Shown here: positions 11,601 through 22,995 of the stretch, piece by piece
How positions within the stretch are numbered: position 1 is the first letter of the stretch
Layout of the letters: each line of letters starts with the position of its first letter
Notes under the pieces: generated by a model
Databases searched by the model: none
What the model was told of the DNA's origin: nothing
The model's input: only the letters and a program-made list of their open reading frames with translations
Program-made: the position numbers and the translations under genes
From: Balanoglossus misakiensis
Taxonomy: Eukaryota; Animalia; Hemichordata
Direction: 5' to 3'
DNA: 64,000 bases
Assembly (NCBI GenBank): GCA_040954595.2
Contig: CM082593.2
Span: 3,613,434 to 3,677,433, forward strand

Positions 11601-14165
11601 GTTCATTTACTCATTATGTATATTGATTGTTTGTAGAAACCTAAGGATGTTGCTTTGAGGGAACGATATTGATTTTGATGGGGGTACAAGCAAAGTGAAT
11701 GGTGACGACTGGTAATGCTTTACACAGACCGACAAGTCCATTTTCCTTTGTTGGTCTTGGGTTCAACTCCACAAGCCAAGATTTATGGGTTATGTTTATC
11801 GTGTTTACAATGGCTGTGTCAGGTTGTCCTGGTGATCAGCTGATATCTGTAACCCCTTTTTTTCAAGGTCAATTCTGTGGGCAAAGGTACACCACCAGCA
11901 TATTGCTCAATGAACATCAAGCAGTTACATTCCCAAAAGATTTTATTTGATTTTTTATGCATGCAACCAAACAAAATGCAACATTGGGACTGTACATGTA
12001 AATCTCAGGGCCAAACTTTCTAGACTAGGCAGTAAAACATCAGCTAATAGGTTTCTGAACAACAAGATCGCTAATCATAAAATGGGAACTGGTATCGTAT
12101 ATGACTATCAGTATTGTACAGCATGTTCACAATAAAATTTTACTGTCAATGTGTCATTACTAGGTGATTCGGTTAATTCTTAAGGGAAAAACCACAATGG
12201 TGAAAAAAACTCACCAATGCAACCAGTATCTGCAGTGAAAAGTATCTAACTGTAGGCTGTCTAACATTTGGTTTGAAAATAACCAAACCATGAAATGACC
12301 ACCGGAATACAATTACAGAATACGAAACTCCCATCTGTAACTGGAGTGAACCAAATTGTTTGTTGTGTACATTTTCGGTGAATGTAACTAGTCGAATATG
12401 TACATGTACATACCCTTAGCCATTCCCCTATTTGAGATTATCTTTCAATGGGTGCCTAGATTTCACAGCAAATATCAAACTTCAAGAGACACTATCAACT
12501 TTCATGAAAAAAAATCAGATATTTTGTCCAATGACCCAATTTGGCTGAGCGTTTCAATTCATCATCAAATTCTCAAAAATAACCTGTTGAATTTGAGAAG
12601 AATGCAGACGCTTTGCTCCTTGGGTTGATGGATTTTTTTATTTATGGTACTTGGCGGTTTGTTTGACTACGTGTATGTATTGTCTGTTGCTATAAACAGC
12701 GAGTGCATTTATTGTTGACCATTTGGAAACCAAACCCTAGTTTCAGCACCAACCCAGTAGAGGTAAAATATACTTTGATAAATTGTGCAAATACGCTATC
12801 TTCCAAATGACACTAGATTGCCCATATATAACTGCTTTGTCTGGTATGGCTGAGTTGTATTGACTTTACTATGAGTGTATCTATAGACAAGTCTATCTGA
12901 AATACATCTCTGGAACTTTTGTGAATTCACTTTTTGTATTTTGCAATAAAGCCCCCTTCACCAATCAATACAATATTGTATTATTTGCTTTTAAATCGAC
13001 AATTTTTTGTAAAGATCTTGCCAATGCTTACAAATTGTTAAATTGTACAGAACAACCCTATAAGTTTATTATTATTAATCTGCTTTTGCCGTGACTGATG
13101 TATGGGTAGGAGAAACATATGGAAACATTTCTCACCTTTGTCAATTTCTGTGCCGTCTCTGTCAGGAAGTTGTCTGCTTTCAGTAGGCCGGGTTTCATCT
13201 TTTGAAAAGTGATGATTATTGACAATGACAGCGATTCCACGTGGTTCGCTTGTTATCTTGTAGGCGGGTATGCCGTCGATGCAATATGGTTCTTCTTTCC
13301 TGGGACTGGTGTTTGCGTTGGCTGTGATGTGCAGTTCTTTTACGTCGATGCTGGCCAGTGATTCAGCTCGGCCGTCGGCCTTTAGCTTCGCGATGTGCAT
13401 CTTGCGCGTGCCTTCAAGATCCGCCCTCTTGTCATCTTGGTATTTCTTGATGGCTTTGATCCCCTTCTGGCAAACAGCTAACGGCGGGATAGCCAACGGA
13501 TTGCCGTTCAGCTCCAGCAGCTCCAGGTGGATCAACTCCGTGCCGAACTCCGGCGGCAACTTCTTGATCTTGTTGTCCTTCGCTTTGAACTTCTCCAAGT
13601 TCTTCAGCTCGTAGAAGGTCTCCGGAATCTGCGCGATGAGATTGTTGTTGACGTTCAACACTTTGAGTTTCTTCAGACGGGAGATTTCATCCGGGATGCT
13701 GGTGATCTTGTTGTCATAGAGATGGAGCGCTTCCAGATCCCCCAGCTCCACGGAGCACAGCGCTTCCGGGAATTCCTGAAAGGCATTCCCGGTCAACCAT
13801 ATGTGTTTCAAGTTCCTCAACTGGGCGATCTGCGAGGAGACCGTCTTCAGCCGGTTCCGACTCAGACTCAGAACCTGGAGATTTTTCAACTGGCATATGA
13901 CCGCCGGAAATGTGTCGAAGGAGTTGAACGACACGTTCAACTCTTGGAGTTTTTTCAACCTGCGCAGCTGCGGCGGCAACTCTTTCAATTTGTTCCCCTG
14001 AAGAGTCAGTTTTGTGACATTTGTATCTTTCCATGCTTCCGGGGGAACCACTTTCAGTTGTTTCCCTCGGAGCATACACTCCACTTTTTCCACTTCATTT
14101 TTCCGCTCATCTTCTTCAACCGGATTCTCCTGGTTTTCTTGTTGGGGCTGTTCACCTTTCTTCAT
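8310..14165 (-). CDS. LRR-caspase: 8 N-terminal leucine-rich repeats fused to a caspase-8/10-like peptidase C14 domain; 3 coding exons, 545 aa
   Basis: Exons 14165-13136 (phase 1), 9179-8908 (phase 0), 8645-8310 total 1638 nt, open. Junctions rebuild RDGTEIDK-E-KLASIFTQLKYEV and KPKLFFIQ-ACQN. Catalytic His in ILTHG; p10 ADFLLGYATVPGFVSYR..GSWYV..TLRKRLFF. An in-frame TGA upstream of ATG 14165 in the same exon indicates this is the start. Confidence 0.9.
8908..9179 (-). CDS. LRR-caspase coding exon 2 (p20 core with catalytic His)
   Basis: Acceptor ttttacttcacag, donor CAG|GTGGGA; DHKAYDTFVCCILTHG...CPTLRGKPKLFFIQ. Confidence 0.92.
9952..10044 (+). mobile_element. ~90-bp MITE-like element with TTAA-CCCTTTCACC...GGTGAAAGGG terminal inverted repeats (piggyBac-like ends), copy 1
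   Basis: TIRs are visible; a close reverse-complement copy lies at 29277-29369. Confidence 0.75.
13136..14165 (-). CDS. LRR-caspase coding exon 1: acidic N-terminus, 8 LRRs, LRR C-cap, linker and start of caspase p20
   Basis: ~23-aa repeats VTKLTLQGN, LQELNVSFN, LQVLSLSRN, LKHIWLTGN, LEALHLYDN, LKVLNVNNN, LEKFKAKDN, LELLELNGN; cap NPLAIPPLAVCQKGIKAIKKY; then YKITSEPRGIAVIVNNHHF. Donor G|GTGAGA at 13135. Confidence 0.92.
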
Positions 14166-15691
14166 TTTTCCCCAAAGATTGTGCTTCTTTCAATCCTTTA
14201 ATTGTAACAAAAAAATAAGTAAATATTTTTACATTCACCAAGTCATAAAGTTTACTGGTATATCCAGACTAGAACAAGAAATCAGAGAAATCCTGAACAA
14301 GTAGCCAAAGGATAGAGGCACTATGACTTTAACCTTCTCATTCTAACCATTACTTTTGTAGCTAACACTTCTCTACTCATACAATGGCAGAAGGAACTAA
14401 AACCAGTTTATATGTTTGGTTTCAATGGTGATCTTGGCATTTCATTCACATCCCATGAGGGCGAGGCCAAATGAGACAATGCAACAATCTTTGGTCTTTT
14501 ATTATTCTGTAATCTGATTACCTCATTGATTATCAGATAAAGGTGACTTAAATGAAGCTCTATAGATTGAAAATTAAAATCTTAAGTAGGGAGGGATTAC
14601 CTGAGTTTGCTTTTGATCAGATTTTTACTTACTGATTATGTCATCCTAATGTGTTTCTGACAGAATACTAAATAAATCTGCTTTAATTACATGTATAGTA
14701 CAAACATCGTTGTGATGAAGAACACGATTTTTGTTGAATAGTCACCCGCACAATGCAATTAGGGTATTACACTCTGATCATTGGTAAATTGTGTTCCACA
14801 AGGCTATAGTGAACACTGCATAACAAGCTCAGTCATAGTCACTGAGCTGGAATGAAATATAGACTGTCTGGTTTGTGACTGAACGAAGTCATGAATGTAG
14901 CCCCGGGTATGTTTTAATATTGTCCACAAATACATCGTTGTTTAGTGCCGGTGGTAATGAGTTTCAGATCGCTGATTACGACAGGTAATATTATATTTTG
15001 GCAACGGTATCTGTAGCAGACGAAACTAAAGACGGAATGCAAACAGTTATATTTGCATTGCATAGCACGAATGCGTCTATCATAATACTGCGAGACATCT
15101 TAATTAATCAGGGCTGTCAATATCACTGCGTGACACTGAATTAATCAATTAGCGCACAGACAATAATTCCTCTTTTGTCTATCTCTAAGTGGTTAGCAAC
15201 ACGACCAGGTCATTGAATATGCCAGGATTCACTTCTCCTCGTATCCATGCCTGGTATGAGTTGGAATCCCTAGCAACGCAATGTTCACTAAGCAATACCG
15301 GAACTCGATGTTCCACTGAGTGAACGCACCGATGTAATATTTCCGTTCGTTTTAAATGCCAGCTTTAAATTTCAATAAAGTTGACTTGTGCACCATCAAT
15401 TAGAACGATCGGCTTGGCTGTTCCTTGATATGGTCCAGTTTTAAACCTGCAGCTCGTTTCCTGCGAGTTCTAGCTTTTCAGCATGCAGTGCTAGTACAAG
15501 ATCGTCGACTAATAATCACACCGTCGCGTCGAGGACATTGGAAACGGAGCTATTGAAATGGACAAATGGGGTATTCATTAAGGCTTAATCGATGCGAACT
15601 TGGTCCGCGATCAACGAGTGATCCCTGTCAAATAATGTCATGTTGGACAACTTCTGCATGTCGCACTGAAGTAAACAACATAGCTACTTAC

Positions 15692-16085
15692 CCCGTATTG
15701 CAACAAGCTTCGGTGCGTCTGAGCTCCGTTGAAATCTCCCTGTTATTAGAACATATGCTTAGTGCTTTCACAAGAAACTCATTAACACCGGGTCGCTAGC
15801 GTCTACCACCTGTTACCATGGTAGTAGGGACGAGGGGTGCGTTGGTTCGCCCTCTGGCACGAAAATTGATGCTTCTTTTGTTTTTGTCTGATGGACCATC
15901 TTCATGATCTTGGTCCATTATTTATTTGTGAACGCAGCTCTCCTAAAATTACTGAAATAAAAACATAAAACTATTTTACTTCATCTTATCAATGCCCTTT
16001 TTTAAAAACCTCAACCCGCTAACACAATAAATTGAAAGTAAAGATTCCTGATCTAAATTACCCATAAGCCTTTGTTCGTAGTAAA
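15692..16085. promoter_or_regulatory. Probable bidirectional promoter (LRR-caspase non-coding first exon on -, GRHPR on +)
   Basis: CpG-retaining region; minus-strand donor GGG|GTAAGT at 15691; X-box-like GTTACCATGGTAGT at 15812-15825; YY1-type AAAATGGCGGC at 16083-16093. Confidence 0.5.
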
Positions 16086-16108
16086 ATGGCGGCCTCCAGG
16101 TCGCTAAC

Positions 16109-18567
16109 ATGATTCTCAAACTGGTGCAAAGAAGTATAAACAAATTGACACGAATCAGATTGTATTCAAGTAATTTGACTGCTGATATAAGAAGGATGAG
16201 TTCTCAGGGGAGGTTTAGAGTCTTTGTTACGAGGAATATTCCCCAGCCAGCGTTGGACATCATCTCTGCCGAGTAAGTCATTCTCGAGCTCGCTCTAGAC
16301 TGTAGCCCGCTGTGATCGCAGGTCATGACTGTCAGTATCACAGCAACCATGCTATTTTTATGCCACAATCACGCGTGCAAAATTTAAAGAATTATACTGG
16401 TGGTTCTAGATCAAGAACGCCGTCTAAATAACATTTTCTACAGAAATTGAGAATCGACCTTTTGTAAGATTGCTATGTACATGTATGTATGTACATGAGT
16501 GTACATTGTATGTAGATATGTGTGCATTAATTTTGATTAAATGGCTATTTCTTACCTGCACAGGTGTGATGTCACACAGTGGAAATCAGACAGTCCAGTT
16601 CCGAGAGCAGAACTGCTCCGCCATATTCCTGGTATGCATGGGCTGTACTGTCTGTTGACAGACAGGATTGATGGGGCTGTGTTTGATGCAGCAGGTTTGT
16701 ATTCTCTGCATATCTTCTGCAAAAGTGGAGAGTAACTGCATCGATAAAGATAGTCTTTAAGAACCACTTATTGGTTAGAAATGAAATGTGGTACATGTAT
16801 GTTTCGTAGTAGATGAAACACTGAGTAGCGTGTGAGCGTGTTCTGTTGATATAAATGTGCATTTTCAGCCATTGCAATCTTTCTATCTGAACTCCAGGGC
16901 CAAACTTGCAAGTCGTAAGCACAATGTCAGTTGGCTTTGATCACATCAGTCTGGATGAAGTGAAAAGGAGGTATGTAACACGTACATGTATTAATCTAAT
17001 ATCACCACTGATATTCGTATCATTGGTAAACTGTCTTCCTATTGTTGAATTTGCAGGTAAACCAAAACCTGTGCAGAAGTTTACTGTCTCTCTGTAGAAA
17101 TGTTATTCTGCAAATCATATACATATATATACCGCATTGAAAACTCAAACCACGATACTGTCTACGTATTGTCACCACATATGACTGCATTGTTCTTTTC
17201 AGAAACATTCCCCTTGGCTACACACCGGATGTTTTGACAGATGCAACGGCTGAGTTGACAGTGGCATTGTTGCTCTCCGTGTCGAGGAGACTAATGGAAG
17301 CAGCTGACCAAGTTAGAAAGTAAGTCTGCATTGACAAAACTACATCTCCAGGGAAGTTTCATCGAATAAAACAAACACTGCTGGTTCTCCTTAAAAAAAT
17401 AAAAATCTAAGAAAACTTACCTGGTTGGCATTCATTTCTACAACTGTGCTATTTTTGCCATTATCTCTCCAGTGGTGGCTGGGGCACTTGGAGCCCTCTG
17501 TGGATGTGTGGCAGCGGTCTCTCAAACAGCACTGTGGGAATCGTGGGCCTGGGACGAATTGGAATGGCTGTTGCTCAGCGCCTCAAACCGTTTGGAGTCA
17601 AGAGGTTTCTATACACCAGCAGAAATCCCAGGTCTGATGCAGGTGTGCTACCTGCTGAGTATGGTAAGTGGATGATTCGTGGCTTCTGATTGGCTGTTGT
17701 TGGTAATTTACATACTGCATGTCTTGTTTGGATCAAATCACAAACATGTCTTGTCTCCATAGCTTATAAGAAAATATCAAAGTAACATATTCACATATTT
17801 TCTTTCTTTTTCATTACAGTGACCCTGGACATGTTGTTAAACCAATCAGACTTTGTCATTGTCTGTTGTTCACTCACGTCACAAACAAATGGACTTTTTA
17901 ACATAGACACATTCAGCAAAATGAAAAACTCAGCCATATTTATCAACACAAGCAGGTAAGTCTGACTCGTACCATGATGAATCTACTCTTAGTTGATTTT
18001 TTTCCTGGAAATGTACCTGTGATATTTTCTCCCGACTAAAGAAATCTAAACAGTGTACCCATGCCTACACTGTCTGTTTTTCAGAATATTCTCAAAGTAC
18101 ATGTTGTTGTCCTATTGATTTCAGAGGACCTATTGTCAATCAAGATGATCTTTTAGACGCTTTAGAATCAGGTACCATAAGGGCTGCAGGATTAGACGTG
18201 ACAACACCGGAGCCCATTCCTACTGATCACCCACTTCTAGAATTAGAAAACTGTGGTAAGTAGACCAACCACTTGCCACTTATCATCCAATAGTGGTAGA
18301 ATTTTCTACACCAAAAATTGAAATTTGTCAATGTCCATACCATCTGGATAATCTGTTGTGGACTTAAATTCAAGAATAGAGGAACTTGTTTGTTGTTGGC
18401 TTTCGTGAAATCTGATTATGTCGTTCTTGCTTTTCCCGAATACAGTCGTCTTACCGCACATCGGAAGCGCAACGGAAGCAACACGGAATGAGATGGCAGT
18501 TCTGGCAGCCAGGAATCTACTAGCCGGATTGAAGGGAGAGAAACTGCCCTGTCAAGTACAGCTATAG
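16109..18567 (+). CDS. GRHPR: Glyoxylate reductase/hydroxypyruvate reductase, 8 exons, 354 aa (325 aa from the second ATG at 16196)
   Basis: Exons 16109-16272, 16564-16694, 16898-16970, 17203-17319, 17473-17663, 17820-17955, 18125-18255, 18446-18567 (1065 nt, open). Motifs [69 protein letters not shown]. Confidence 0.95.
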
Positions 18568-21500
18568 TGGATCAAACTCATGATGGATTTGATTACAACA
18601 AAAATCACTGCCACGTATATCTTTCAAACTGTTCATACTACAGTTATTTTAGATAGTACGTTAGAAAAGCTCAGAGAATAGAAATCATAGGATAGACTGA
18701 TGGGAAAAAAGCTATTCCCGATGGTGTACAAATAGTCCGGTACCAATAAGTGCTACTTTAATACCCCCCCCCCCCCAACGTTGCAGTTGTTGGTTTAGCC
18801 CTATTGTTTCGGCTTCTAGGGTGGACCTCATTATGGGGAAATGGGGGAGGAAGGTTTATGATGTATTAGCGCACATAATTGTCTTGTGTCCCACCTCAGT
18901 AGATATGTGAATTTTTTCTTCTCATTCTTTAGATAGGACTAAACTTGAAGTACTTGGTAGCTAGCTTCCTTGTGTTATGTTATTTGGACCTTTATGTACA
19001 TTAATCATGTTATGTCAGGTTTTTGTTATAGGCACTAGAATAAAATTGATTTTTTTTCCCGATCACAGTTAGTCTCTGCCTTAAGATGGTTGTACAGAGA
19101 ATACTGTGAAATTTCATGTTAAATTTTAACTTCTGATGCTGGGATCATTTTTTATGTGCATGTATGAAAACATGAGGTAGAGATTATTTGAAATATCAAT
19201 CTTTTACTTTTGGTTTGAAACATCCGGGCTGGAATTTGTTTGCCTTAATTTCCTTCAATGACATTCAAAATTTGTGGTTGAGACCCAAATATCTGAAATT
19301 TGAATGCGACGATCAAAATGGCTGGAATTTTGTTGATTTTCTTGAAAATAAAATGTTTAACACCTTGATTTGTTTTTAATTTGAAATATCTTCGACCTGT
19401 GTTGCAGAAAAGTTGAAGAATCAGCCAAGGGTGTGTTCTTCTAGGTGAAGCATATTTTTGTCGTTCGTTACTCAAATGTTCTCTTGCAGACGAGATTTTC
19501 TCACCTGAAATAACTGAAACTGTACTGCTTGTGTTGACAAATAAGGGCATTTTCACGGTATTCTAGATGCACGTCACATCTTGTCGCTGCAGCTACTTTT
19601 GTATCTGGAACAAATACTTTCACTCTATGGTTAGAACAACTTTCAAGATCTGGAAAATAGAAAACAAAAAAAGTAGTGTGCATTTTGGGAGACAAGAAGC
19701 CTGCCATTTAAAGACAGTTTTCAGAATTTGTTGAAATTTTGCGAGTCATTTTGAAATGAGAAATCTTCACAAGTCAAGGAAGTATTTCATTGATGTAGAC
19801 TTTGATGCTCTGTCAATTTCTAACGATACAGCTTGGAAGGACAAGATCCAACTTATTTAATATGCATGTTCTTGAATCATGACATGAAATTTTCTTTTGA
19901 AGCTTGTCAAATAAACATTATACAGGAAATTGTTGAAATTGGCTTTTTTTCAATAAATTTGAAGTTGCAGAAAGTGGTTATGATCTCCTACTTATATCCT
20001 ATTTAACCTTTGCACCCTGACCCTCAATGACCCTGGTACTAGATACTGCCAACAGATACAAGAGTACATTGTAATACATGTACCATAGTATGCTGCCTCC
20101 TGTTGGGTCTGAACAGCACCCTCAAGCGGCAAAGCTTTCAACCTGGTGCTTCTGGTGTCTCATGTGATCTGACACTCCATTGTGGAAAATCACAATGAAG
20201 TTGGAAACTCCCGGACCCAGTCGACATGAGAATAAAGTTTTCCCTGCTTGTCTTTTGACAAAGTTGATATAGACTTTCGCTAATGATACCACAGGCACAT
20301 ACATACCAAGCATTCCTCAAATCACAGAGACATTTCTGAAATCAAACATTTGATTTTGTTTAATCATTACTCCAGAACAAGCGAATGCAAAATAAAATAT
20401 TACACATGGCATCTCAGGGCTCAGGCAGTGTTCAACAAAATTTATTTTACTACTTTCAGCGGCACTACCGGTACTTTATTACCCCTACCCTGTATTACCC
20501 CTTGAACCAACACAACATGGTCTATTCCCATTGGTTTTAATGCTGGGAATGGACCACTATTACCATGCAAAGGGGTGACAGAGATTGACAGAATATGTCT
20601 ATTTGGCAATCAGGGAATCTTAATTACTATTTTCACATTTCACTTTCAAATAATGTATCTTCTCTTTAATTACTCCCATAATTTTTCCGTTTCCCCCCTT
20701 GATAAAGTTTCTATCATTTTGCATCATCTTCAGTTGGCAAATTTTATTTTACTCTCAGAATTTTAGCCCAAAATATGGTGAGAGTTGATGCTATTTTTGG
20801 GTGTTATATATGTGCCAAAATTTTCAATATATTATATATTTGGAAAGAATGTGCAATTTACATATTTTTGTTATTGTAGACGGCATAGAAAAACAATCTG
20901 ATTTGGCCAGGTTCGACTTTATCTCATGCCTAATTTTTCCAGCTCAAGTATTTTTTCTGCCAAAATAGATGCTCTTACCTCTCTACTTCACCCATAAATA
21001 GGATATGTAGATTTTAAATGATATGATTTAATTAAATTTAGGGAATATATACTTTACAACGTTGTTCAAAAGCTGACAGTCAATGACCAAATCATGGTTG
21101 CTTGCAAAGTAATACTACTGCAATTTAGCATTGCGTGATTACTCGCATTTTGATTTTCCTTACACGTGGCAAATCAGGTGATATTACTTAATAAAATCTA
21201 AATATGGTCATATGAATTCCATATAAGGAAAAATCTTGATATGATGCTGTGCAGCAAAGCATCTTGGGCCATCTAAGACACTGAAGGCACATTGTTCTTC
21301 CAAATATTTGCATAATGAGTTGTAAAACAGTTATTGTGATAGAATACTCTCTATAAAACTTGCATTTACGAATAAATATTTGTAAAACTCTCCTGAAATA
21401 AAAACATGATAAATATATTACAGGACCATATCTCATATACAGCTCTTAGATAAAAATAGTCTTTTCGAGTTGTAATATCATACTTTGTAAAAATAATCCG

Positions 21501-22650
21501 CAACACTTGATATTATTTAATTTAAGGGGAGAAAAAACTTAAATATACACAGCATGCCTATAAAGTACTAACAAGAACTATTCACAGACAGAAAAAATCG
21601 TTTCTAATTTGAAAAGAAATTTACTAATAAACGGTGTAGTGTAAATGTCAGGGAAATTAATAAGCTAAAAATCTAAAAATGTAACACGAATTCTAGTACT
21701 TTTTTAAAATAATGAAAGCATTCCTTTCATGATTTTGGGGTAACATTTTATGTTTTCTTGAAAAATATTCACAAACTTGGCAAAAATTTAATAGTGTGTC
21801 GTCTAAAATCTGTACAAATAGCTGGGCATATTTTAAAACTTCAAGTGCATATGTGTTTTCTGAACAATGTCAGTTCAATCACAACTGACTGAACAGGCAG
21901 TGCATTTCAGGAAATGTACCACATTACTTTCAAAAATGAAGAATTTAGCCAGACAAAGTTATAATCATACTTTGCGTTTTTTCCATGATAATGCTGACTT
22001 TTATCAAGTTTATAATTTAGTCTTAACTGACACTGTACATATAGTACACATGGCAGTTGGGAATGGGGGGAAAATGCACCAGTATACACGCTACAAAATT
22101 TCCAATCCTTCAAAATTATACAAGCAGAATTTTCACACTCACAGAAACTTTGCAATGGCAATGAACACACACACAAACTCACACTTCTGTCATGGAGCTG
22201 TTACCACACTTGAGGTGAACATCGATACTGTCATTTTCTCGGTATGCAATATCACCGTTCCATAAATTCATTTTTTTTAACAATGAAAGGAGAATTTTGG
22301 TTCAATTGCTATCAACAAGCAGATGTTCCTGAAGTTGAGAAAGTGAAAGCAGGTATGGACAAGTCACAATCAAGCGGGTGACTCTCAGGGTGTTTTATGA
22401 TGAGAAAAAAAGTAGTGACTGGGAGTTTGACAACTCTCTGAGAGTTTGAGAGTTTCAGTCATTAGCACATTACAGACATGGTCACTGCCAGAAATGAATA
22501 TAGGTGAAGCCATCAATTGCTGTGCATGGATGCTATCGAACAGACCAGAGAACTTCCAGAGCGGGGGTGCGTGGGTCAGCTCGCAGGAAGTTCTGCAGGC
22601 TGCATCAGACGGCAACGGACGGTATAATGTGATATCACCACGGCGACAGA

Positions 22651-22995
22651 TTAAAGCGCCGTGGACTGGACGTCTTCCAGCATCCACAGACCGAGCCCGC
22701 TGTTCTTTAACATGATGGCCTCACGTAAATCGTCCTGCTCTGTTTCGTCCAGTATCGTCACCCCCTGCGCAGACAGCGTGTGTCCCCTGTTCCATGTCGG
22801 GTTCAAAACATACTGTCTGCCGTTAATGTGTCTCACAGTGTCATCTTGTTCACGCTGTTCAAATGATCGAATGTTCCCCTTGGGTTTGTGATTCACATGA
22901 TTGCTAGAAACATCTGAAGGATTGAAATTTTTATTCTGTCCTCTCCGATGTGTATTGCTGGGGTTTGTGTGCACCCTACCGTTTGGCGTAATTAC
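22651..22995 (-). CDS. PCDH15: PCDH15 terminal exon with class I PDZ-binding motif (-QSTAL*)
   Basis: Acceptor tatatttcag, phase 0; VITPNGRVHT...GLWMLEDVQSTAL*. Confidence 0.85.
   Translation of the reverse strand, partial: VITPNGRVHTNPSNTHRRGQNKNFNPSDVSSNHVNHKPKGNIRSFEQREQDDTVRHINGRQYVLNPTWNRGHTLSAQGVTILDETEQDDLREAIMLKNSGLGLWMLEDVQSTAL

Noticed and set aside
9180-13135. Hidden exons or a nested gene in the 4-kb caspase intron
   Set aside because: The caspase sequence is continuous across the intron (GTEIDK-E-KL); the short ORFs inside have no protein-like features.
13527-14201. 224-aa plus-strand ORF (also 13270-13614 and 13714-14079)
   Set aside because: Antisense or alternative-frame shadows of the GC3-rich LRR exon; no recognisable domain.
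14196-15700. Upstream DED/CARD coding exons for the caspase
   Set aside because: No death-fold-like ORF seen, and an in-frame TGA lies between the acceptor (14196) and the ATG (14165).
22385-22715. Overlapping 100-aa and 89-aa ORFs at the PCDH15 3' end
   Set aside because: They lie in or against the 3' UTR; the spliced frame ends at STAL* (22651).
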